DNA of 63,976 bases, filler included, from Octopus bimaculoides (taxonomy: Eukaryota), in NCBI RefSeq assembly GCF_001194135.2. It is 7 parts of 5 records of this genome, joined end to end, with 100 filler letters (N's around TTAATTAATTAA, not from the genome) between each part and the next. Parts side by side here need not be neighbours in the genome. Positions count along the whole stretch, not along the records: positions 36,608 to 40,942 come from NC_068984.1; positions 41,043 to 47,445 come from NC_069002.1; positions 47,546 to 51,843 come from NC_068990.1; positions 51,944 to 61,502 come from NC_069002.1; 3 more parts are not named here. One strand, given 5' to 3'. The notes below the pieces were generated by a model, which made no database searches, had not been told where the DNA came from, and saw only the letters and a list, made by a program, of their open reading frames with translations. Below, piece after piece: positions 38,911 to 51,984 of this stretch. Each line of letters starts with the position of its first letter. Position 1 is the first letter of the stretch. The position numbers and the translations under genes were made by a program.

Positions 38911-40014
38911 NNNNNNNNNNNNNNNNNNNNNNNNNNNNNNNNNNNNNNNNNNNNNNNNNNNNNNNNNNNNNNNNNNNNNNNNNNNNNNNNNNNNNNNNNN
39001 NNNNNNNNNNNNNNNNNNNNNNNNNNNNNNNNNNNNNNNNNNNNNNNNNNNNNNNNNNNNNNNNNNNNNNNNNNNNNNNNNNNNNNNNNNNNNNNNNNNN
39101 NNNNNNNNNNNNNNNNNNNNNNNNNNNNNNNNNNNNNNNNNNNNNNNNNNNNNNNNNNNNNNNNNNNNNNNNNNNNNNNNNNNNNNNNNNNNNNNNNNNN
39201 NNNNNNNNNNNNNNNNNNNNNNNNNNNNNNNNNNNNNNNNNNNNNNNNNNNNNNNNNNNNNNNNNNNNNNNNNNNNNNNNNNNNNNNNNNNNNNNNNNNN
39301 NNNNNNNNNNNNNNNNNNNNNNNNNNNNNNNNNNNNNNNNNNNNNNNNNNNNNNNNNNNNNNNNNNNNNNNNNNNNNNNNNNNNNNNNNNNNNNNNNNNN
39401 NNNNNNNNNNNNNNNNNNNNNNNNNNNNNNNNNNNNNNNNNNNNNNNNNNNNNNNNNNNNNNNNNNNNNNNNNNNNNNNNNNNNNNNNNNNNNNNNNNNN
39501 NNNNNNNNNNNNNNNNNNNNNNNNNNNNNNNNNNNNNNNNNNNNNNNNNNNNNNNNNNNNNNNNNNNNNNNNNNNNNNNNNNNNNNNNNNNNNNNNNNNN
39601 NNNNNNNNNNNNNNNNNNNNNNNNNNNNNNNNNNNNNNNNNNNNNNNNNNNNNNNNNNNNNNNNNNNNNNNNNNNNNNNNNNNNNNNNNNNNNNNNNNNN
39701 NNNNNNNNNNNNNNNNNNNNNNNNNNNNNNNNNNNNNNNNNNNNNNNNNNNNNNNNNNNNNNNNNNNNNNNNNNNNNNNNNNNNNNNNNNNNNNNNNNNN
39801 NNNNNNNNNNNNNNNNNNNNNNNNNNNNNNNNNNNNNNNNNNNNNNNNNNNNNNNNNNNNNNNNNNNNNNNNNNNNNNNNNNNNNNNNNNNNNNNNNNNN
39901 NNATATATATATATATATATAGTAGCATTTCTCTGTGTGTTCATAAATGTATGTCGGTGTGTGTGTGTATGTATGTATGTGTCTATATACATATATATAT
40001 ATATATGGGCACAT

Positions 40015-40059
<45 letters not shown>

Positions 40060-40061
<2 letters not shown>

Positions 40062-40251
40062 ATATATATATCATCATCATCATCGTTTAATGTCCGCTTT
40101 CCATGCTGGCATGGGTTGGACGATTTGACTGAGGACTGGCGAACCAGATGGCTGCACCAGGCTCCAATCTGATCTGGCAGAGTTTCTACAGCTGGATGCC
40201 CTTCTTAACGCCAACCTCTCTGAGAGTGTAGTGGGTACTTTTACGTACCAC
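40060..40251 (-). mobile_element. RTE-family 3'-terminal piece (or RTE-tailed SINE)
   Basis: Homologous to 54090-54260; (GAT)n run at 40016-40083. Confidence 0.7.
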
Positions 40252-40575
40252 CTGAAAATTGCGAAAATGACAAGAGTAGATGGTACCACTCTCAGTGTAG
40301 ACCTGTGAGTCAGAAGAAAGGAATTGGAAAGGGCACTCGTTCTTGGTATTTAGGGTGATCTTGGGTGGTAGGGTTCCTTGATTATCCCTAAAGGTCTTCC
40401 TGTAACAAAGGACCCCCATCACTATCATTTTTTCCCCCTCTTCTTCTAGTGTTGTATACTATGTATACTTCCCTTCTTATAATGAATACTTTTTTTATCA
40501 TTCCATCATGCGTAAACCCCCACACTTTATTGTATTGTCCCCCTCACCCTTCATCTTGGTGGAAAATAAAAGAAA
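40252..40575 (+). mobile_element. 5'-truncated 3' end of the Tx1-like family
   Basis: Aligns with about 45810-46150 (gtgtagacct.tgagtc.gag..aaggaattgga.agggcact..); ends aataaaagaa followed by (ATT)n. Confidence 0.8.
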
Positions 40576-40599
40576 TCATTATTATTATTATTATTATTA

Positions 40600-40942
40600 T
40601 CCAGTAGTTTTATTTTTATAACGTGCTTTCACTTCACTACCGAGCGCAGCTCTGTGTGCCTCGGGTATGTGCTGTGGTGCTCTTATCGTTACTGTATTGA
40701 AAGTGTTTTGCGTAGAATGTGTGCAGTACCCAGTAGTGCAATTTTCTGTATGTTATATATATTTGTAAGTCCTGGTGTTTTTGTTATGTATTTGTCTGAA
40801 TATTTTTTTATTATACCTAAGGCACCTACTATGATAGGAATTGTTTCTGTTTTTAGATTCCACATTCGAGTTACCTCTATTTCCAGGTCTTTGTATTTTG
40901 AAAGTTTTTCTATTTCTTTTAGAGAAACGTTGTCACCTGCTG
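40600..40942 (-). mobile_element. R4/Dong-type 3' end (RLE C-terminus plus UTR)
   Basis: AGDNVSLKEIEKLSKYKDLEIEVTRMWNLKTETIPIIVGALG..LLGTAHILRKTLSIQ*; adjacent (AAT)n tail. Confidence 0.88.
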
Positions 40943-41042
40943 NNNNNNNNNNNNNNNNNNNNNNNNNNNNNNNNNNNNNNNNNNNNTTAATTAATTAANN
41001 NNNNNNNNNNNNNNNNNNNNNNNNNNNNNNNNNNNNNNNNNN

Positions 41043-41122
41043 CGACCTCGGCGGAATTTGAACTCAGAACGTAACGGCAGACAAAATACCGGCGTGCTAA
41101 CGTTTCTGCCAGCTCACCGCCT
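41043..41122 (-). repeat. SINE family A head
   Basis: cgacctcggcggaatttgaactcag..ccagctcaccgcc. Confidence 0.8.
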
Positions 41123-42126
41123 TACATATATATATTACAGTTATGTTAAGACATGTGATACGGGAAAGTGCAGCATTGACGACAAAACATTTGTGGAGTA
41201 AACGATGGGCTGATTCGACTATACGACATGTCATGCGTCCGTTTGGAAGATTCCAGGCCCTAACCGATCATAGAAAATTGAGTGTGGGTCATGTGATTTT
41301 TGAACGCACTGCAAAGCTGTCAGTGGTTATACTCTCCTTTGCGGCGGTCGGCGCTGTATCTAAAACAACCCATTGTATGGTTGCAGGTCGAATGAATGTA
41401 GGTGTAATGGAGATATTGTACGCAAATGGGTACATTCCGGAAAGGGGCTGCAATGGGAGACAGCAACGAGGAAGTGAACTATTGAAATGATGCAGAATGC
41501 GAAGGGTTGACATTGGATTCTTGGTGTGGCTGAGGAATAAAAAACATAAACAGAGCTTATGCTGTCACATGAGAATATGTAGTAATGAATTGCTTGAAAA
41601 AATAAGGCGTAATGACACATGCACTTGTAGTAACGCCGTGCGCATGCGTAGTCTCACGCATGCGTGGAATTAAACAAGCAAGCGTTCTCGCTTCTATTCT
41701 ATCTCTTTCTCGGTCGGCCGGCCATGAGCATGGAAGTGTCAAGCAGTGTCTCCAACATTCCAACTCTGGAGACAGTCTCTTTACGTGTTTAGCTGTCTCT
41801 CTTCATCTTTCGAACTTACGCTCGACAGCTCGCTTACATCTACATAACAACGTCCCAACAACTATACTCACACACACAAGAGCTAAAGATGTATATATTT
41901 ACCACCTGAATAAATGTTGTTTAAGTTGATAGTCTGGAGTTCAGCGTTCCGTTATATTTCTAATTTTATATAGGAAAGTCAGGTATACATCTAATGATGT
42001 ATAACCAACTTTCCTATACACTCATGCACACGTGATATCTGTTGTAGTCAGTCGCATTCGAAAGCTAATGGGTTGCATTAATGTAAATGTTAGTGATGGT
42101 GGGCGGGTATCGTTGGTGTTGCTGTT

Positions 42127-42405
42127 GTCCTTGAGTCTGCGATATATTTTGCTAGAGTCCTTGAGTCACTCATTTATATTGCTATGATCTTGAAGCCACT
42201 CATCTATATTGCTGTGATTCTGCAGTCACTCATTCACATTGCTGCAGTCCTTGAGTCTCTCATCTACACTACTAGAGTCATTGAGTCTCTCATCTACACG
42301 ACAAGAGTCATTGAGTCTCTCATTTACATTGCTTTAGTCCTGGAGCCTCACATCTCACTTCTGTGCTCGTTGAGTCTCTCACTTATCTGCATTGCTATGG
42401 TTCTC
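42127..42405. repeat. 30-bp minisatellite, about 9 units (gtccttgagtctctcatctacattgctaga-like)
   Basis: Units start at 42127, 42157, 42187, 42217, 42247, 42277, 42307, 42337. Confidence 0.9.
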
Positions 42406-42789
42406 GAATTTTTTTGTTAATTCCACTGGAAGACCACGCCGCTCCAACATTAAAAATTTTCTAATTCAGAGAATTGTAATTTAATATCCACACGAAACGT
42501 AGCATCTTCCGTTCCATGCTGACAAAAGAGCCTCTACATGGTCGTTTGACCAGCTAGAAACAGCAACGAAGCCACTCTCAGATCATACCTTCACTGGCTT
42601 TGATTGAAAATGTAGCATTGAATAATACAGTCCTGGGTCCTTTCATAGTATACAGGCGTTGGAATAGACGCAACTGGAATACCTTTGAACAAAGATACGC
42701 CCGTTCATTGACATTGACAAGAACTAGATATGGATTTTCAAATTTTGTTACAAGGCCAACAATTTTGGGGTGAGTGTGTTAAATCGGAG

Positions 42790-45700
42790 CAAAATGGCGC
42801 CGGATGGAAAATGCTACTGTAGCCCAAATTCAAAAATACATTGAGCGCGTGTGGAAACACAAGACCCGCTTCACTCGAGGAAACAAGTTTGGCACGATTG
42901 AAGTGCGATTTAAGGTTGAAGAAGAAGCCAGTTTCATTTCGTGACGAGTGAGGTATGACGAACTCTTCTTAATCCCCAGTTATCGTAGCCAATGCCTTGC
43001 TAGAGTTAGGGTGATAAACGTGCCTCAGACATATCCAGCACTTTATGGATGGTGGCCGTCTAGGTGGGTATAGGGGAAGAAGTGACTATCCTTGAGGTAA
43101 AGAAAATACCGCAACAGGACTGATCAGGTATAGGTTTGGAACTGACCATACAAACTAACCAAACATATATAGAGGAGGTAACTGACATGATAGACCTCTA
43201 GGATGGTACCCACCTGCCAGTGATAGAGGAGGTTAGAAAGCCAAGGTGCCACATATGTAGATCTGTGGCTAATTTAAATGTGTCCTGCCCTCAAAGAAAA
43301 CAAACCCCCCACTGCTGCCAACCCCACGAACACCATAAAAACAAAATCAAGCAGAAGTGCTAAGGACCCCCAACCCTAACCCAAACCAAGACAACGAAGG
43401 AGTTGACTCCCGGCTCCCTCGGAAAAACAAGATTCTCGGAAAAGCGAGATTCTCCCCAAACCACCAACAACAGCAGCAATGTCATGGAGAAAGAAGCGCA
43501 GACCGAAGAATGTATCACTGTTACAAAAGTGTGCAGGTGAACGAGGAGACGGGTACATAGCCCTGCTCCAAGAACACAGCCAAAACAAACACATAAGCCA
43601 CAGCTACAGCCCAAAGCACAACCACTCCAACAACAACAACAACAACAGCAAAAACAAGAAAACACAGAAACACAAAAACAACCAATAATGAAACTACTGA
43701 AACAACAAAATACTTCCAACTGTATGCAACATGTATCCATCAAGTTCACTTTTGTGAACAAAAGCAACAGTGAATTGATTGATTGATTTGGTAAATCAAA
43801 GAATAAAAAACAAAATTGAGATAGAAGGAAAGGAATTTGAAGATTTCGAAATCCCGAAGGATAGATTATTAATAAAAACGTCCTCAGACGTTTATAAAAC
43901 AATTCTTTGAAAATTCCCAGCTAGTGTTGGAATTTTAAATAAGACAATAGACAAAATGCTTTTAGAAGGGTCTTTCAAAAAACATTCGGTAGTAAAAAGG
44001 TTCGGAATACCCGGGTTTCTCGAAAATCAAGGTAAGTGGCCTCCACTTTTTCTTTCTCCGACTAACATGTCTGTGCTGAGAGTGGGGCGTGTGAACATGC
44101 GTGGCCTGTGGTTAGCTTAGAAGCAAGGTCACTTGCTCAACGATCTTAAGTCGCTTCATTAAGATGTGGCCGCCATTAGCGAAACAAGAATTTCCGGAAA
44201 GCATGCTCTAGCATCCATTTTCAAAGACTATGAGATATCCTCATCTTGTGGTCTTTTGGAACTGGGTGGCGGTGTAGCAGCGCTATCCCGGAAATCCTAA
44301 GATCTTCAAGTATGGGAAATCTTCTAGGACCCGGATGGTAAGGTGAATGGCCATTTATGCCCCGACAGGGGCTGGAAGGCCAGATTTCTCTAGGCGTCTA
44401 GAAACATTCTTGCAAACGTCCCGCACTTTAATACTAGTGGGGGACTGGAATAGTATTTTGGATCCACGGAAGGACTGTATGAATCTAGTGCATAGTAGAA
44501 AGGGATGTAAAAGCCTCAAAAACCTGTTCAGAAACGTCTAGTTGCCTGACAATTACCGACTGAATTTACTTGATGTGTCAGTGTGGACAATGATCTAACA
44601 CAACGGGTTATCCAGATAGTACCTAGATGGAGCATTTGTTAGGTCAGATGCTAGGGATAGTGTAGGTTGTCCACAATTTAAATTGGGCGGTTGCTCAGAC
44701 CACAAACTTGTGATATGCACTATTGATTTAGATAGGGCCTATAGACAGTGATCCTGTTATTGGAAGTTGAACGCGTCCTTACCGACACGCAAAGACTACA
44801 GGGACCTGATTAGCGAACTAGTTAAGCGGCAGTTGATAGAGGCAATTGTCAACAACCGGTAGTGGATCGCCCTGAAGAGGACGATTAGAGTAGAATCGAT
44901 AGCGTTTAACAAAAAGCTAGGCATAGAAAGAATTAGATTAGAGGGAGAACTAGTTAGCTAACTAGAAGAGTTGACGTGCTAGCGGCGAGAAAAGGCCCTT
45001 GGCCATTTCTTTAAGGCAAAACACTAAGGCTGCGTTGTCAGAGTTAAGGCCAGTGCTCTCAAACAAGAAGAAACTAGATGGTTAACGCGTGGGGGCTCCG
45101 TTTGTGAGGCATGTCTTTCTGCAGCTCGTCTCTTTGACGGAGCTGCAGTCCTGGGTGAAGGATAGACCGAGACAAGGCATCTATCACCTAGAATGTCGTC
45201 CGGTGCTCTGTCCTCTACCAGTCGGGAAATGGAAGCGGCGGATGTTCCACTTTAGCAATATATAGGAGATTACTGGTGCGGAAGTGCCTGGGCGTTGACG
45301 AATACGAACTGGCTAGTCTGTTCAAGAAGACTTTCCGGTCAGGAACTACCATGAATAATTTCCAGATGTCTTTGGCTTGGCACTGCTACTGGAGGTGAGG
45401 GCACCACCGGTTCGAGATAAACTCTACAGACACAGATGTGCTGTCAGACTGGCTTGTCCGAGGTGCGCGCAGAGTAACGAAACCGTTTTGTACGTACTCG
45501 TTCGGTGTCCGAGCACGGCTGCCTTGTGGAGCTATGTCGAACAGCTGCTGTTGGTGTGGGACAGATCAGTCTATCAGCTGAGTCTATAGTAATGATTGCC
45601 CGCCGCCTTCCTTTTAATCGGACAGGTAAGGTAATTTTCTTTTGTCAGGTGGCGGTGGCAAATGAAGTTGTCTGGTGGAGAGGCTGAAAGGCATGAGAAC

Positions 45701-46160
45701 AGAGACATTTGGTAGAGCCCTTATCAACTTTTTCAAGTTTTACTTGAGACAGGAAGTGAGGGGGAAGAGTGGGGTACTGTCCTCGAATGAATTTGTTGAA
45801 AGCTGGGAGAAAGTTGCAAAAATGGCAGAAGTGTAGACCTATGAGTCGGAGAAAAGGAATTGGAGAGGGCACTTGCCCTTAGTGTTCAGGGAGATCTTGG
45901 ATGGCGGGGTTCCTCGATTACCCCTAGAAGTCTTCCTGTGTCAGGAGGACCACATCACTATCATCCTTTTTTCCTTCTTCTTTTCTGTTACTGTTGTATA
46001 CTATGTATATTCCCTTCTTTGTTTTATTGTATACCGCGAACTTTTTTCTTTTCTTAAAAAAAAGTCATTTCATTATTTGTACCTCCACCAGTAAAACCAC
46101 ACACACACTTTACGTCTGTCATTGTATATAACTCCATCATCCATCGCCCTGGTAGCTAAT
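42790..46160 (+). mobile_element. Tx1/L1-clade non-LTR retrotransposon, decayed: ORF1 with zinc knuckle, APE endonuclease, RT core deleted, C-terminal zinc finger, 3' UTR
   Basis: ORF1 KFGTIEVRFKVEEEA and RCHICRSVANLNVSC (about 43250); ORF2 from 44067 with VAAISET, YAP, LVGDWN, SDH, YWKLNASL; CPRCAQSNETVLYVLVRC at about 45450; many stops and frameshifts; AATAAAA near 46140. Confidence 0.85.
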
Positions 46161-46245
46161 AAAAGAATTCATCACCCTCCTCCTCCGCCTCCTCCTCCGC
46201 CTCCTCCTCCGCCTCCGCCTCCTCATCATCATCGTTATTATTAAA

Positions 46246-46456
46246 GCGGTGAGCTGGCAGAATCGTTAGCACGCCGAGAGAAATGCTTAGCGGTATTTCG
46301 TCTGCCGCTACGTTCTGAATTAAAATTCCGCCGAGGTCGACTTTGCTTTTCTCCCTTCCAGGATCGATAAATTAAGTACCAGTTGAACACTGAGGTCGAT
46401 GTAATTAACTCATCCACTCCTACAAAATTGCTGCCCTTGTGGCAAAATTTGAAACC
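46246..46456 (+). repeat. tRNA-derived SINE family A (head gcggtgagctggcagaatcgttagc), full length
   Basis: Internal Pol III-like boxes; ends aaaatttgaaacc followed by (ATT)n; many homologues in the window. Confidence 0.85.
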
Positions 46457-47128
46457 ATTATTATTATTATTATTATTATTGTTGTTGTTGTTTTGCTCCT
46501 GCCGTTACTGAGGAAAAAAAAGGTGGCGTAAAATGATTTAGTGCAGGAATTTTGTTTCATTCGCAGTCATTTCTACCAACACTCCATCTTCTAAATAGCT
46601 TTTATAAATATTACTATGTTAAGCAAGCTATCGAAGATTGGTTTTGTCCCAAGCAATAAAAAGCGATCGGTATCCATAAAGAACAAAATAGATGTAAGGG
46701 AAACAACTCTTTCATATAAAGAGTTATCGTTCTTATCTATTTATTTATTTATATTTGTATTAGTTTATTTCACAATATTGGCTTAGATTTCTTTTCGTTT
46801 CGCTTTTCATTCTTTATATTTTTCGTTCACCCCTGCTGTATTTATACACTCACAAACTCTCACAGACATAAACATACATACAAATATAGAAGTATATATA
46901 GATACATATCAAAACAGAAGATTGGAACAAAATTCTGGTATTACTTATTCACAGTTCCCAAAAAGTCTTTCTACTCTCCTGTTTTGATATGTAATTACTC
47001 TACAAATACTATTTTCCAGTATCTTTCAACTCTTATGCATGCCTCACACAAATATAACATCGTCATACAATTTTAGAGTACTGAAATAAGCAGATGTGAT
47101 TCATGAGGACACAGCTTGGATCATAACC

Positions 47129-47159
<31 letters not shown>

Positions 47160-47163
47160 CATA

Positions 47164-47430
47164 CAGTAATCCTTCGCCATGTCGCGGTTCAACTATCGCG
47201 GTTCACTTATCGCGGTTCACTCATCGCGGTTCAACTATCGCGGTTCAACTATCGCGGTTCACTTATCGCGGTTTATTATTCAAGCTTACGTCGATTCCTC
47301 GGTGGTGTTGTTTTGCATTTATAATAAGATAAACATACAAATTATAAAAATAATAAATAAAAATATACAAATTTTCACCTATCGCAGGGGGTTTTGGAAC
47401 ATAACTCCCGCGATACTCGAGGGATTATTG
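47164..47430. mobile_element. Tigger/pogo-like MITE
   Basis: Ends cagtaatccttcg.. and ..cgagggattattg are inverted; preceded by TA; internal 14-bp array. Confidence 0.7.
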
Positions 47431-47545
47431 TGTGTGTTCATATATNNNNNNNNNNNNNNNNNNNNNNNNNNNNNNNNNNNNNNNNNNNNTTAATTAATTA
47501 ANNNNNNNNNNNNNNNNNNNNNNNNNNNNNNNNNNNNNNNNNNNN

Positions 47546-47598
<53 letters not shown>

Positions 47599-48176
47599 TC
47601 TTAGATTACAGATCTGTATGTCTGTGTATACATGTGTTTGATGGTGTGTGTGTGTGAAAGAGAGAGAGAGCGTGCGTGCGTGTGTGTGCGCGCACGCATA
47701 TGGAAAAGAAGAGAAAAGGAAAGAGACTATGTAAATGAGGGGCAGAGAGAGGGAATGGAAGATAACCCAATCCAAATAGAAGTGATTGCACATTTAACTG
47801 ACAGCTTAATATTTATAATGAATGATACCTTACAACTTTCAAATATTCAGACTCCAGTTGTATTTTCCATGTTATTTCATTTTTCTTTTACCGTTTTTTT
47901 CCTTCTGTTTTTTCACCGAAACATTTCTATGTTTGTATTTATCCTTGCCGTCACTGTCAGAAAACATACAATGGTGAGTTATGCAATAGAATTGAAAATT
48001 ATCTGTCAATGTAATCAGTTTAGCTGACCTCAAATCCGATAAGTATAGGTATGTATGTAAGTGTTTATGAGCGTGTCTATATGTGTATGTGTGTTTGTTT
48101 GTGTGTGTATGTGCATGTGTGTGTATGTGCATGTATGCGTATCTATGTGTCGGAGTTTTTTGTACATGTATGTATA

Positions 48177-48210
<34 letters not shown>

Positions 48211-48419
48211 CTCTTCTATTTTTAAATATTTGATGTCTTTCTGTAAGGAAGGAACTTGTTTCTTATAACGATACAAAGTTCATTGAAATGTAATATAATT
48301 AACACAAACGATGCCACATGTTGAACATGATAAAAGTTTGGCCAAGTTTTACTGTTCCACTTACAGATTGTATTCGTAATATGTGTTCGTTCCCCCCGCC
48401 CCCATCTCACCCACCTCGA

Positions 48420-51345
48420 AAATTCCCAGCTTTTCTTGATTGTGACTTTATTAACAAAACCAAGTGCATCAATTGTTATTGATGTAAATGTGGATTTATA
48501 ATCTGAAGATACGTAGAATCTGAAGGTTACAAAGCAGTTAACCTCTTTCTCTTCGACTTTCGAAAATAGATATTCATATCAGATGGGTAGCTGACCGCTA
48601 TGACGATACATATTTCAATTATCTCTTCAAAACAACTTTATCTGGTCTGTTGTGTTTGTACTTGGTAGAAGTGTTGATGGAAATGTTCCACCAATATTCC
48701 TTATGTTATTGGTTGTATATCTATTTAATAACAGAAGGATTCTCTCTGTTTATCTCTGGACGAGCTTTTTATCGGGTGGTATTGTATATTGTTTTAGCGA
48801 CAAAGTCATGTTGCGATAGAGAGGTAGTACTTTGACGTCATTTGGTGGCAAAGCTGATCACATGTGTGATGTATTTCACTGAAATATGCCATAATCTACA
48901 TTACTTAAATATGATATAATCTACGTTTTCGTTTGCATTTTAGGACTCACTCTCGTCCTCTAGGTATTTTTTATCAATCTCCTACTCTTGAATTGCAAAC
49001 GCATATCCTTTGAGTGTGATGTAATGTAATAGGCACGAGTCTGTGAAAGGTTGCACTTCTTATTGATATTAGTGTAATTTTCAACTTTTCGGGAACATAT
49101 TCATGCATTTTTTTTTCTGTTTTTGTTTTAATAAACGTTTCACTCTCAGATCTTGTTTAACATGTCTTAGTCCTGCTGTTTTGAGGTAGTCAGGAAGGGA
49201 ATATTTTCTGAGGAGCTCACTGCCAACATGTAGCAATAAATTCATATGTTTGGTTGCTGCAGTTCTTTAGTAAGTGCTGACTGTGACTCACCGTACGAAA
49301 TTCGAAGGCTGTCTGCACTGAAACCTGTGCCTCCTTCTTCTCTTCTTAAGTAGAACCTGTCGATATCACTGTTTCTTCTACAGACCAATCAAGTATTCCA
49401 GATATTGGTATCAGCACTAGTATTGCAAATGCATTGTTGGATATTATCTTATTATAAGAAGTGACATCTAACTGTTATATTTTTTTAGTTTGGTGTATTA
49501 TTCTCGGGTTATTCTATCTTTATTCACAGCACATTCGTATGATGTTTTCATTAGTGCCTAGATACTTATAGTACTTTTTGCATGAATCAGGAACGATAGT
49601 AAGACGGTTAATGCAGAGGTCCTGGGTTTGCGAAACTGACTTTCCACGTTCAACAATCAAATTAGAACATTTCTTTTGGCCAAATTCCATTCCTACGAAG
49701 GCTGAAAATATTGTTGTTAATTATATCCTTGTGGGGGGAGGGGTGCAACGTAAGCATTTTTACCTTAGAACAGCAAATAAATTACAAGATATTGGAATCT
49801 CTAGTTGTTACAAACCCTAGCGTGTAGCTATTGGATTTTTGCAAAAGCAATTATAAAAGACTTAATGCCAAAATAAACAGAAGTACAGAAAAAGACTATC
49901 TCCTTGGAATATTCCCTTTGAAACATTTATAACAACGATGACGATTGCTCTTGGTTATAAGGGCTGAGGAATGTTGCCCAGACCTTTGTGAACTTCTCAA
50001 AGGCAGTGACTAAGGTAGCAGACACCTTGGCAAAGTACAGTCTTCAGCAGCCATGGATGGGGAATGATTTTTCATATTCAAAATACTGACATTTTACTAT
50101 CGTGGTTAACTTTGTAATATGGCGACGCATATTGTTGATGTTTACTCGAGATTTTTGCTTTCCTCTTGGGTTGCTTCCGTTTTGCAATTTCATAAACACA
50201 TGCACAACAGAATTCTCCAAAGTGTCCCTTAAGAGTAATAACAGCTGTGTATAGGAATTTATTAATTGTCCAGTAATTTACATCACACGATTCTATGTGC
50301 TCTGCAACAACATCGCCAAACATCTGCGGTGATTTCTCTCTTCGGGCAGCATAACTTTGTTTAGCAAAAGTTGTTCTGCATATCTCCATACTCCCTTTCT
50401 TCCTGCCTGTTTAGCACTTACTTTGTCAATGGAATTAAAATGATCCTGGATGAATCGGTTCAGACAGCTTGTGTGAAGCTTGTACATAATTTCTAGACAA
50501 GCAATAAACCTATAGTATTCTCCCAACATGGTGGTTTCGTTCTTAGTTGCAAGACTCCACTGCGCTAACACACACCAATTTGGTATGTCAGCGTAGCGCT
50601 CTGTTCTTCTGAATATACTTGTTAATAACTTTCTGTAGAAGTTCAGCTTCTACCAGTTTCCAAAAGTTAGGTCTCTTCCATTTGTCTTCCAATTATGTGG
50701 TTGTAGTTTGCTAACAGCTATGGTGAAAGTTTCAGAATTGATTGTGTATGTTTTATCATCATCGATGTTTGTACATTATTCTATCCAAACTGATTTAGCT
50801 ACAATACTTTCCTGCATAAATCCTTCTTTTCGTTCCAGACCTTAGGCTAGAATGATTCAAGATCATCCTGAAAAGGGACTTTCTTGACGGTAATATTTTA
50901 CTTCCTCATCTTTCGGTATAATACCTGTGAGATGGAACAAAATTGAGATTTATATTGGCTCGCTCAGACAGTTTTCCACAATAACTAAATTATTCGCTCA
51001 GCGTCCTGAGTTCGTGTTTTAAAGTAATTAACTTTCTCTTAAATGAAACATCACCATAGCTTTATTACTTTTTTTTTATAAGATGTAATTGGTGAGATGT
51101 GTTCTCATTGTTCCCTTGGCATTTTACTATCCTAGTTAACTTTGTAATATGGCGACGCATATCGTTGATGTTTACTCAAGATTTTTGTTTTCCACTTGTG
51201 TTGCTTCCGTTTTGTAATTTCATAAACACGTGCACAGCAGAATTCTCCAAGGTGTTCTTTAAAAGTAATAACAGCTGTGTATAGGAATTTATTAATTGTC
51301 CAGTAATTAACATCTCATGATTCTATGTGCTCTGCAACAACATCG
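48420..51345 (-). mobile_element. Heavily decayed R4/Dong-type (RLE) non-LTR retrotransposon
   Basis: Minus-strand remnants KGIFQGDS (about 49910), GMEFGQKKC and YYKYLG (about 49560-49700), CRLWH..HVISF..QHDFVAK, HNRPDKV (about 48640); many stops. Confidence 0.8.
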
Positions 51346-51948
51346 ATAACTTTTAACATGAGAGCAATTGGTTTTTTTTCTTTAATCTTTAGCTTGTCGC
51401 TCAGTAACAGCTCAGAAAAACTTTTTCACTAACTGTGGCTTCAAAATATTCGAAGTTGACTATATTCTACAGTCATCTCTGTCGAATCGGTTACCTATAG
51501 AAGTATGCAAGAGTTTAGTGACAGTGGCAGCGGCTTATTTACATTATTTTCAGCCTGTCTTATTGCAGATTTTGGCCAGTTCCCAGTGTTTTGAGTATAT
51601 TGATTGGCTTCGCAAGAATTGAAATAAAAAGTGTCATGTGATAGCCACATTTTTTTTCGGGTTTTTTTTTTTGTTTTTGTTTTTTTCACTTTCTACTTGT
51701 TTCAGTCATGGGGCACCGCCTTGAAGAATTTTTAGTTGAACGTATCAACCCCAGAATTTCTTTTTCCTTTTGACTTGTTGTAGTTATTAGACTGCGGCCA
51801 TGCTGGGGCACCAACTTGAAGAATTTTTAGTCGAATGTATCGANNNNNNNNNNNNNNNNNNNNNNNNNNNNNNNNNNNNNNNNNNNNTTAATTAATTAAN
51901 NNNNNNNNNNNNNNNNNNNNNNNNNNNNNNNNNNNNNNNNNNNACACA

Positions 51949-51984
<36 letters not shown>

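Noticed and set aside
47181-47275. Short direct-repeat array resembling CRISPR
   Set aside because: Contiguous 14-bp units without spacers, inside a MITE, eukaryotic context, no cas genes.
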